DNA of 27,731 nucleotides from a virus (lineage: Duplodnaviria > Caudoviricetes). The DNA is taken from positions 1 through 27,731 of IMG/VR virus record IMGVR_UViG_3300035561_000064; one strand, 5' to 3'. The notes under the pieces are model-generated. The model worked only from the letters and a program-made list of their open reading frames with translations, searched no databases and was not told the DNA's origin. Position numbers and translations under genes: made by a program. Positions 1 through 6,538 of this stretch are shown here, piece after piece (within the stretch, counting starts at the first letter, position 1; each line of letters starts with the position of its first letter).

Positions 1-2
1 GG

Positions 3-299
3 TACAGGTCCGCATCATCGGCCACCGGGGACAGTTCCGCATCCTCGGCCACCGGGGACAGGTCCGTATCCTCGGCCACCGGGGATTCAAGCGCTGCTGT
101 GGTGACTGGAGTGTGCGGCAAGGCCATGGCAGGAAAATACGGGTGTGTCGCCTTAGGATGGTGGAACGATGAAGAAAAGCGGTCAGAAATGCGCTGCGCG
201 GAAACCGGCTGCGGAGATGGAAGCGACGGCAAATTGAAGGCCGAGACATGGTATCAGCTTAACGACAATGGCGAATTCGAGGAAGTACCAAAAAGCTAG
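3..299 (+). CDS. Partial (5'-truncated) phage protein with SASSATGD repeats; C-terminal end
   Basis: Frame is open from the window edge: YRSASSATGDSSASSATGDRSVSSATGDSSAAVVTG...KLKAETWYQLNDNGEFEEVPKS*. The repeat plus the 'KAETWY.L...GEF.EV' tail is typical of a common phage early-region repeat protein family. Confidence 0.75.
   Translation, partial: YRSASSATGDSSASSATGDRSVSSATGDSSAAVVTGVCGKAMAGKYGCVALGWWNDEEKRSEMRCAETGCGDGSDGKLKAETWYQLNDNGEFEEVPKS
9..89 (+). repeat. Three 27-bp coding tandem repeats (9-aa unit)
   Basis: Units at 9-35, 36-62 and 63-89: tccgcatcatcggccaccggggacagt / tccgcatcctcggccaccggggacagg / tccgtatcctcggccaccggggattca. Confidence 0.9.
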
Positions 300-320
300 C
301 CCGCCACATAACACCGCATC

Positions 321-414
321 TCTGCGCCTGCACAGGTGCCGCCAGGGCGGGAAAGCTGGCGGGTCTCCTACGGGTAGAGGTGTTGACGGCTGGCACTCCG
401 CGACAAGGCGCAGA
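321..414 (+). ncRNA. Candidate structured RNA (multi-stem, C4/CI antisense-like architecture)
   Basis: Closing stem tctgcgcct(321-329)/aggcgcaga(406-414); inner gtgcc-gcc/ggc-t-ggcac; two small internal hairpins; lies in an intergenic gap. Confidence 0.4.
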
Positions 415-466
415 CAGCCGCTAAATCAATCCATTTGTCGCCAAGGTTTTATTAGGTTCCTTGGCA

Positions 467-516
467 CCCCCTCCCCGTCTCCTATTGCAACGGCGGGGAG
501 GGGGATTAATAGGAGG
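467..516 (+). promoter_or_regulatory. GC hairpin with anti-Shine-Dalgarno loop (possible pseudoknot over the RBS)
   Basis: Stem ccccctccccg(467-477)/cggggaggggg(494-504). Loop ctcctatt(479-486) is complementary to aataggag(508-515) upstream of ATG 524. Confidence 0.5.
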
Positions 517-523
517 GAAGACA

Positions 524-685
524 ATGAGTGACGAAGATTATTTCATCGAACAACGATACTGGAGCAGAGGCGCAGAGGATGCCGAATATCCATGCCCGGA
601 CCATGAATGTAACGGAATTGTAACGCTGCACGGCGGCTATTGGCAGTGTGACGAATGTTCTTTTCGCTCGAAGCACATCAAATAA
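524..685 (+). CDS. Small zinc-ribbon protein
   Basis: RBS aggagg then ATG 524; CPDHEC...CDEC cysteine pairs. Confidence 0.65.
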   Translation: MSDEDYFIEQRYWSRGAEDAEYPCPDHECNGIVTLHGGYWQCDECSFRSKHIK

Positions 686-717
686 ATCTGGTGCGAAGAG
701 TCACAACAGGGGGAGAC

Positions 718-885
718 ATGAGCAAACATAACAAGAGGCTCCGCTATTGGGTACAGGACACCAACGAGTCCGGCCATTGGGAATTGACCGGCCTGATGAC
801 CGCCGCCAATGTCGGAAAACTGCTGCCGTATTTTGAGGAACATCACGGCCAAGTGGAAATTATCGAGGACGAAAATGAACTTTGA
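718..885 (+). CDS. Hypothetical phage protein
   Basis: RBS ggggag then ATG 718 (MSKHNKRL...); overlaps the start of the next gene. Confidence 0.6.
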   Translation: MSKHNKRLRYWVQDTNESGHWELTGLMTAANVGKLLPYFEEHHGQVEIIEDENEL

Positions 886-1210
886 CCCGAACGAAATCTA
901 TCAGAGGTTGATATCTGCCGGGGAAGCGTGGGCCAATTCGGAAAGTTTCGCCGGGCAACTGGAAGAACTGAAAAAGCCGCTTTTGGCGCAACTCAAGCTG
1001 TCCAGCCCGGAGAAAACCGACGCAGCCAAGGAGACATGGGCGCTGGCTCAAGAGGAATACCGGAACCACATAGAGGGCATGGTGGCCGCTCGCAAGGATG
1101 CCAACATTAAGAAAGTCCGGTACAAAGCAGCGGAAGCGTGGGTTGACGCAAAACGGACGGAGCAGGCGACACGGAGGGTAGAGTCCCGGCTTTCGGGGGT
1201 GCAGACATGA
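875..1210 (+). CDS. Helical/coiled-coil phage protein (possibly UvsY-like recombination mediator)
   Basis: RBS gagg, ATG 875; all-helical pattern 'AAKETWALAQEEY...WVDAKRTEQATRR'; ATGA overlap with the next gene. The function call is tentative. Confidence 0.6.
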   Translation: MNFDPNEIYQRLISAGEAWANSESFAGQLEELKKPLLAQLKLSSPEKTDAAKETWALAQEEYRNHIEGMVAARKDANIKKVRYKAAEAWVDAKRTEQATRRVESRLSGVQT

Positions 1211-1503
1211 ACCCCAAACGCCAGCCCTACCGCAACAAGAAAATCCGCGAGTCTGCCAAGGGTAAGCCCTGCCAGATTCAAGGCCCGAACTGCAACGGCA
1301 ACCCGGAAACCGTGGTTTGGTGTCACTCCAACCTGTACGAGGACGGAAAAGGGGGCAGCCAGAAAGCGGATGACATTTTCGGGGCTTATGGGTGCTTCGC
1401 GTGTCATGCCGATTACGACGCGCACCGGATAAGCCAAGAGGACTTCCACCGCGCCATGAAGAGAAGTTGGCGCATCATGATGGATACGGGGGTGATCAAA
1501 TGA
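1207..1503 (+). CDS. DUF1364 / YbcO-like putative nuclease
   Basis: Motifs IRESAKGKPCQI...CNGNPETVVWCH...G..QKADD.FGAYGCFACH..YD. Confidence 0.85.
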   Translation: MNPKRQPYRNKKIRESAKGKPCQIQGPNCNGNPETVVWCHSNLYEDGKGGSQKADDIFGAYGCFACHADYDAHRISQEDFHRAMKRSWRIMMDTGVIK

Positions 1504-1560
1504 AATACAAACTTGAAATTTTAAAAGAGATTGATTCCGTATACTGGCGAGGTGAAGACA

Positions 1561-1905
1561 ATGAACATTAGGCTGAGAGGAAGATCTAGAACTAACGGAA
1601 AAGACTTGTTTTACCACAATGCGATTTCTGAACTGTATCACCATGTCAACAACGGCTCTCTTATGGGATTCGCCGGATATGACAAGATTACGGAAAAACC
1701 AATATTGCTTGACATTGAGATGTTTACCGGCTTTCACGACAAAAAAGGCCGCGAACTGTGGGAGCACGACACAATTAGGTTCCGGGGCGAAATTTATACA
1801 GTCGTTTGGGACGACGAGAAGGGATGTTGGTCTATTGAAGATGACAACTCTATAACCCCAATGGCTCCGGTTATAAACGACATTGAAAATCTGGAGGATG
1901 TATGA
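1561..1905 (+). CDS. YopX family protein
   Basis: RBS gaggtg, ATG 1561; N-terminal I.LRG and 'FTGFHDKKGRELWEHDTI' match the YopX 'FTGLKDKNG.EIYEGDI' motif. Confidence 0.8.
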   Translation: MNIRLRGRSRTNGKDLFYHNAISELYHHVNNGSLMGFAGYDKITEKPILLDIEMFTGFHDKKGRELWEHDTIRFRGEIYTVVWDDEKGCWSIEDDNSITPMAPVINDIENLEDV

Positions 1906-2207
1906 GTTGCAAAATGTGTGGGAGTGACGACGTGTTGACAGAAAGAAGGCCGCATGGGATGAATACCTGCGGAGCCTGCGGATATAAATGGGAGAATTAT
2001 TCGAGAAACAAAATTGTTGTAGATTGTCACGAAGAACGTCGCAACAAAAAATGCCTTTGTTGCGTTTGCGGCAGAATAGAAAAATGCACTCCTCTTTTTG
2101 ACTTCTACACAACGGAGGACCATGGAGAAAAGCTCGTCTGTGAAAAATGTTTTTACGAATATTTAAGACAAAGACTTAACAACCAAAAGGGGCAGGATGA
2201 CTTATGA
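1902..2207 (+). CDS. Cys-rich multi-zinc-finger hypothetical protein
   Basis: CKMC, CGAC, CCVC and CEKC motifs; RBS ggagg; coupled at both ends. Confidence 0.7.
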   Translation: MSCKMCGSDDVLTERRPHGMNTCGACGYKWENYSRNKIVVDCHEERRNKKCLCCVCGRIEKCTPLFDFYTTEDHGEKLVCEKCFYEYLRQRLNNQKGQDDL

Positions 2208-2224
2208 CCGGCACCCAACTCCGC
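2203..2224 (+). repeat. 22-bp direct repeat, copy 1 (MTase start)
   Basis: tatgaccggcacccaactccgc is identical to 3342-3363. Confidence 0.9.
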
Positions 2225-3346
2225 TATCTTTCTGTGTGCAGCGGGATAGAGGCCGCAACCGTCGCATGGCACCCGCTAGGATGGGAACCTGTGGCTTTTT
2301 CCGAAATAGAACCGTTCCCATGCGCCGTACTCAACCACCATTATCCCCACGTTCCGAACCTGGGCGATATGACCAAGTTCCAGGAGTGGCCCGATGCAAA
2401 TGTCAATGTTCTCGTCGGAGGAACGCCTTGTCAGTCCTTCTCGGTCGCAGGACTTCGCAAGGGGCTTGCTGACCCACGAGGGAACCTCATGCTTACATTT
2501 GGTGCGATTGCTTCACGATATCGCCCCACCTGGCTGGTATGGGAGAACGTCTTTGGCGTCCTGTCATCTAACGGAGGACGGGATTTTGGAACCTTCCTCG
2601 GGATGTTGGCAGAACTCGGGTATGGGTTCGCCTACCGGGTTCTTGACGCTCAATACTTCGGAGTGGCCCAAAGACGCCGCCGTGTGTTCGTTGTCGGACA
2701 TCTTGGAGACTGGCGACGTGCCGCAGCGGTACTTTTTGAGCGCGAAAGCCTGTCGGGGAATCCTGCGCCGAGCCGAAAAGCGAGGGAAGGCGTTGCCGGG
2801 ACTCTTAAAGGCGGCACTGGAACGCGTGGCTACCCTGACCCCTCTGATGGAAACGGAGGAGGGTTGATTGCCGTAATGCACGAGACAGGTCAAGGGTTTT
2901 GGGTGCCCGGTGAAGTTTCTGGGACATTGCGAGCCGAAGGAGAAAACCGGCCAAGCAGACCTTCAAACGTCGTCTGCATGGCAACCGGCCAAGCCTCGGC
3001 AGAGATAGGGATAGGGATAGGGACAACGCTCAACTGCAACCACGAAGCGCCGATAGTGACAACGCAATACGGCTCCGTAGCGGGAAGTCTCACTGCCAGA
3101 CACGACTCCAGCCCGTGCGCAGATCGAGGACAGAACATCGCGGCGGTCAGTGATGGGTTGGCCGTTCGCCGCCTGACCCCCGTCGAGTGCGAAAGATTGC
3201 AGGGATTCCCCGATACCTACACGCTCGTTCCGTACAACACGAAACCCGCCGCAGACAGTCCGCGTTACAAGGCGCTCGGCAACAGCATGGCTGTACCGGT
3301 GATGCAGTGGATCGGGCAGCGCATCCAACAAGTGGAGGATCTATGA
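2204..3346 (+). CDS. DNA (cytosine-5)-methyltransferase
   Basis: Motif I SVCSGIEA, IV GGTPCQSFS, VI WENV, VIII AQRRRRVF, IX RRLTPVECERLQGFP, X LGNS. Confidence 0.95.
   Translation: MTGTQLRYLSVCSGIEAATVAWHPLGWEPVAFSEIEPFPCAVLNHHYPHVPNLGDMTKFQEWPDANVNVLVGGTPCQSFSVAGLRKGLADPRGNLMLTFGAIASRYRPTWLVWENVFGVLSSNGGRDFGTFLGMLAELGYGFAYRVLDAQYFGVAQRRRRVFVVGHLGDWRRAAAVLFERESLSGNPAPSRKAREGVAGTLKGGTGTRGYPDPSDGNGGGLIAVMHETGQGFWVPGEVSGTLRAEGENRPSRPSNVVCMATGQASAEIGIGIGTTLNCNHEAPIVTTQYGSVAGSLTARHDSSPCADRGQNIAAVSDGLAVRRLTPVECERLQGFPDTYTLVPYNTKPAADSPRYKALGNSMAVPVMQWIGQRIQQVEDL
2394..2867 (+). CDS. Nested +1-frame ORF resembling the M.EcoHK31I beta polypeptide
   Basis: 157 codons inside the MTase gene; own RBS aggag (2382-2386); 'SS..W.NSGM...NT.E.P....CSLSDILET...LRRAEKRGKALP' resembles, from memory, the EcoHK31I beta chain. 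Confidence 0.7.
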   Translation: MQMSMFSSEERLVSPSRSQDFARGLLTHEGTSCLHLVRLLHDIAPPGWYGRTSLASCHLTEDGILEPSSGCWQNSGMGSPTGFLTLNTSEWPKDAAVCSLSDILETGDVPQRYFLSAKACRGILRRAEKRGKALPGLLKAALERVATLTPLMETEEG

Positions 3347-3363
3347 CCGGCACCCAACTCCGC
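3342..3363 (+). repeat. 22-bp direct repeat, copy 2 (start of the gene after the MTase)
   Basis: Identical to 2203-2224; both genes begin MTGTQLR. Confidence 0.9.
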
Positions 3364-3723
3364 GATCTCGGCCTCGCTCGGATCGAGCAGGCCCACCACG
3401 ATTTTTTGACCGCCGCCCGCAAGGTGCTGGACGCCCTGATCAAGCTTCAGGGCCGCGCCACCATTGACGAGGTGCGGGATATTCTGGCCACGGCGAATAT
3501 CTACCCGGAAAGTAATCACGCCTGGGGAGCCGTACCCGCGCCGAAAAAATACGTCTGCGTCGGCCAGCGGAAAAGCAGCCGCCCGTCCAACCGCGCCCGC
3601 ATCGTGCGGATATGGGCGCACTCCGTGCCGACGCTGGACTTTGCGCCGCCGCACAAGGATGGAAAAGAATCGTATTATTTCCGGCCCGGCGTGCGTGTTG
3701 GAAATTATCGGGTGCAATATTAA
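3343..3723 (+). CDS. Hypothetical phage protein (possible winged-helix DNA-binding protein)
   Basis: RBS ggagg and ATGA overlap with the MTase stop; 'ATIDEVR...NHAWGA...G.RKS.RPS.RAR..RIW' pattern of a common phage family. Confidence 0.7.
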   Translation: MTGTQLRDLGLARIEQAHHDFLTAARKVLDALIKLQGRATIDEVRDILATANIYPESNHAWGAVPAPKKYVCVGQRKSSRPSNRARIVRIWAHSVPTLDFAPPHKDGKESYYFRPGVRVGNYRVQY

Positions 3724-3737
3724 CCAAGGAGAAAACA

Positions 3738-4409
3738 ATGAAAGAGGAATCGCCTGTCTACAAAGTCCAATTACTTCACCACGCCCCCCTCTCCCTGGCC
3801 GTCACCGCCATCCGCCGCTGCTATTTGAGCGAAGGGAAAAGCGACTCGATCCACCACTCGGAGGCGTATTACGAACTTGGTCGCAAAGACCGCGCCCTGA
3901 TTGAGCGGGTTCTTCGGGACAACCACTTGTCCACCCTCGAACACCTGACGTACACCTTCGACCTGACATTTTCGCGGGCGGTCCTTCAGGAGTGGAGCCG
4001 TCACAGGATCGCGTCGGAGAGCGTCCAATCAACCCGCTACACGCTTGGCGTCATCAAGGATAAGGCCGAATGCGAACCCGACGCTCTTTGCGGAGAACCG
4101 GGCTGCACTTCCATGCCGTTTCTGAAAAGCGTATTGCCCGAAATCGACACCGCGAATTGCCAGCAGTTATGCAAACTGCAAGACCTGTTGCAGCAGGGCC
4201 ACCCCAACGACAAAGTGAAATACGGCATACCGGAGGCGTTTTTGACCTCTCTGATCTGGACCATCAACGCCCGCAGCCTGCGTAATTTCCTTTCCCTGCG
4301 GTCCTCGAATCGGGCGCTTTGGGAGATGCAGGAATTGGCCGGGAAGGTATTTGCGGCGCTGCCAGAGGACCACCAATTCATTTTTGCCGACTGCATGGAG
4401 GACGCATGA
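3738..4409 (+). CDS. thyX: FAD-dependent thymidylate synthase ThyX
   Basis: RBS aaggag, ATG 3738; H.STLEH, SRAVLQEWSRHRIASESVQSTRY (RHRx7S motif), NARSLRNFLSLR...A.WEM. Confidence 0.95.
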   Translation: MKEESPVYKVQLLHHAPLSLAVTAIRRCYLSEGKSDSIHHSEAYYELGRKDRALIERVLRDNHLSTLEHLTYTFDLTFSRAVLQEWSRHRIASESVQSTRYTLGVIKDKAECEPDALCGEPGCTSMPFLKSVLPEIDTANCQQLCKLQDLLQQGHPNDKVKYGIPEAFLTSLIWTINARSLRNFLSLRSSNRALWEMQELAGKVFAALPEDHQFIFADCMEDA

Positions 4410-4534
4410 CAGACCAGGACTACAAACGCCTGGCCGAAGAAAACGCCGCGCTCAAGCGAGAAATTGAGAAGATGCGCGAGATTTTAAACCAACTTCGCAC
4501 CTGGATGGAAAGGATCGAGGACGATGGGAGATGA
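4406..4534 (+). CDS. Small coiled-coil protein
   Basis: ATGA overlap, RBS ggagg; heptad pattern LAEENAALKREIEKMREIL. Confidence 0.55.
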   Translation: MTDQDYKRLAEENAALKREIEKMREILNQLRTWMERIEDDGR

Positions 4535-4562
4535 CGCGCAACACATGGCAAGGAGGCTGTAA

Positions 4563-4841
4563 ATGGCAGATCGCCCTTGGAAACGCTTTGAAAGAAAGGT
4601 TGCGGCCTACTTTGGCGGCACCCGCTGCCCGGTTTTGGGTGACGATACCCGCGGGGACGTGACGCATGAAACATTGTTCATTGAGTGCAAGAAAAGGAAA
4701 AAGCATAGCATTGTTACGCTATGGGATACGGTAAAAGCGCGGGCCGACAGGGAAGGCAAGACGCCGGTTGTCTGCCTGAGCGAAAACGGGCGGCCTGGAT
4801 TTTGGATTCTTGTGAAAGACGACGACCTCAGCAAACTTTAG
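4563..4841 (+). CDS. PD-(D/E)xK nuclease, Holliday-junction resolvase-like
   Basis: FER.VA...GD.....IECK motif spacing; RBS aaggagg. Confidence 0.75.
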   Translation: MADRPWKRFERKVAAYFGGTRCPVLGDDTRGDVTHETLFIECKKRKKHSIVTLWDTVKARADREGKTPVVCLSENGRPGFWILVKDDDLSKL

Positions 4842-4868
4842 AATCAACCTTAACTTTTGGAGTAAAAA

Positions 4869-5291
4869 ATGAACAAAGTCATCTTGTTGGGCAGAATCGG
4901 AAAAGACCTGGAATTGCGGCACACCAACAGCGGCACCGCCGTCGCCTCGACCAGCATGGCGACCAGCAAGAAGATCAAAGGGGAGCAGATCACCCAATGG
5001 CACCGCTTGATTTTCTGGGGGCCGCAGGCGGAAACCGTGACGCAGCACGTCAAAAAAGGCGATCAGCTGGCCATCGAGGGGGAGATCGAATACCGCAGCT
5101 ATCAGGACAAGGACGGCAACAATCGCGACATCACCGAAATTCGCGTTACAGGCTTTGATTTTATCGGCGGCAAGGGTGAGGCAGGGGGCAGCAGGGAAAA
5201 TGCAGCACAGGGCCAGCAGCGCAGCGACAGGGGTAATTCTGCACCGCAGACCGAAGCGCCGTTCAATCCTGACGATGACATTCCTTTCTGA
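4869..5291 (+). CDS. ssb: Single-stranded DNA-binding protein
   Basis: MNKVILLGRIGKD.ELR...TQWHR...KG....IEG....R.Y.DKDG; acidic tail DDDIPF. Confidence 0.97.
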   Translation: MNKVILLGRIGKDLELRHTNSGTAVASTSMATSKKIKGEQITQWHRLIFWGPQAETVTQHVKKGDQLAIEGEIEYRSYQDKDGNNRDITEIRVTGFDFIGGKGEAGGSRENAAQGQQRSDRGNSAPQTEAPFNPDDDIPF

Positions 5292-5315
5292 TGCAATCCT
5301 AATGGAGGGCTTTCG

Positions 5316-5711
5316 ATGAACAAGATGCGCCAAGTCTCCAAAGAGTTCGATGAGCCGTTTGTGGACGTGGTGCGCGGGTTTGCCGAGATGGGCTACTCCC
5401 GACGCGCCACGGCTCAAATCCTCAATATCAACCTGCCCTACTTCCGCCGACTCTGTGACCGCTTCGGACTGCACCAGCATTTCAAACAGCAGCGGGACAT
5501 GCGCGACGAGTGCAAGGGCCATGGCAATGGCTGGCCGAAGGGTAAGCCTCAAGCCCGACGCGCCCGCTACACGGACGCCGAAATCCTGGCTGAAGTCAGT
5601 AAATACCCGGTGAGCACCCTGTTCCAAAGCATGGCGTCGATGGACATAGCCACCGTGCATCGCCGATTCGGAAGCTGGACAACGGCAAGGAGCCTGGCCC
5701 ATGGAGACTAA
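5316..5711 (+). CDS. Putative DNA-binding protein: HTH plus homing-endonuclease-associated repeat
   Basis: HTH-like SRRATAQILNINLPYFRRL; C-terminal YTDAEIL...TVHRRFGSWTTA. Confidence 0.6.
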   Translation: MNKMRQVSKEFDEPFVDVVRGFAEMGYSRRATAQILNINLPYFRRLCDRFGLHQHFKQQRDMRDECKGHGNGWPKGKPQARRARYTDAEILAEVSKYPVSTLFQSMASMDIATVHRRFGSWTTARSLAHGD

Positions 5712-6105
5712 GGTATGTTCTCAATGCGGCCTTGAAAAACCCTTCAAGGATTACGAAAAACGTTACTCAAAATGCCGGTCTTGCCGCAACGAATACCAGC
5801 AGGCCCGAAGGCTGCGGCTCAAGGAGGAAGCGGGTCTTTTGCTTTCGCAGAACGGCCCACCAGAGAGCCGGGGCGATGTGTTCGCAAAGATGACACGGGA
5901 AAATTGGGACATCTCCCCTACCCTGGCCGAGCGGGAAAAGCGGAAATTTCTGCTACTCGACACCCGGATCGGCAAGATCCAGGCCGTCACAGGACGCGAA
6001 GGCCCACCGCCGCCCTGCCGCCAGTGTCCCGCAAAGATTGTGGCGTACTGCGCGGAAACCGGCACCGAATGTCAGAAATTCTTGAAGTGGGCCGGGCCGG
6101 GATAA
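5701..6105 (+). CDS. Zinc-finger hypothetical protein
   Basis: KVCSQCG.EKP..DY.....CRSC N-terminus (as seen ahead of phage HNH/EndoVII nucleases) and a C-terminal CRQC...C.....C cluster. Confidence 0.65.
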   Translation: METKVCSQCGLEKPFKDYEKRYSKCRSCRNEYQQARRLRLKEEAGLLLSQNGPPESRGDVFAKMTRENWDISPTLAEREKRKFLLLDTRIGKIQAVTGREGPPPPCRQCPAKIVAYCAETGTECQKFLKWAGPG

Positions 6106-6142
6106 ATTTTTTTGCCTTTTTTCGGGAATAGTACCAGTTTAC

Positions 6143-6171
6143 TTGACAGTAACTGCAAATTTTTATAGACT
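6143..6171 (+). promoter_or_regulatory. Sigma70-type promoter for the replication operon
   Basis: TTGACA(6143-6148)-17 bp-TAGACT(6166-6171), with T-tracts upstream. Confidence 0.75.
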
Positions 6172-6174
6172 TGG

Positions 6175-6299
6175 AGGTGTCTAGGCTGATAAAATCACAG
6201 AGGTAAAAACTTGAAAGTAATTTATCCAGAAGCCCCGTTTATCGGCCTTTGTGATGTCAGCCTAGACACCTGACAAACAAACGATATTCGGGGTTTTTG
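6175..6299 (+). promoter_or_regulatory. Structured 5' leader: alternative terminator/antiterminator folds
   Basis: 15-bp perfect inverted repeat 6175-6189/6257-6271 competes with a long hairpin 6227-6299 that ends in a T-run. Confidence 0.7.
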
Positions 6300-6317
6300 C
6301 GTTTCGGAGGTTTGGAC

Positions 6318-6515
6318 ATGGCACAACGTAAAGATGTTTACAGAAATTTTATTTCTCCGGTAATCGTTTCGGTAGAAGAAGGCGATTCGAAGGTCTGGAT
6401 TGAGCAGGAAGGAGAGTATGTGGCAGTTCATTGGCAGCAGATTCCTCTTTTACAAAAAATGCTGGAAGAGGCAGCGGAGGCAGCCAAGAGTTACGAAGAG
6501 TATAACCGCGTTTAA
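6318..6515 (+). CDS. Small acidic hypothetical protein
   Basis: RBS ggagg, ATG 6318 (MAQRKDVY...). Confidence 0.65.
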   Translation: MAQRKDVYRNFISPVIVSVEEGDSKVWIEQEGEYVAVHWQQIPLLQKMLEEAAEAAKSYEEYNRV

Positions 6516-6538
6516 ATAAAACGCGGACAGGAGGTCAA

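Noticed and set aside
9-89. Possible CRISPR array
   Set aside because: The repeats are contiguous, in-frame coding units with no unique spacers, and there are no cas genes.
300-420. Twister or hammerhead ribozyme
   Set aside because: The TAACACCGC segment is reminiscent of twister, but the other conserved core elements (e.g. GUnnCAAGC, or CUGAnGA with GAAA in the right geometry) are not present.
1048-2112. 354-aa minus-strand ORF
   Set aside because: Codon-aligned antisense shadow of the DUF1364 and YopX genes; no recognisable motifs or RBS.
2204-4841. Restriction-modification system (MTase plus PD-(D/E)xK nuclease)
   Set aside because: The nuclease is 92 aa, not adjacent to the MTase, and looks like a phage resolvase; the MTases appear to be orphans.
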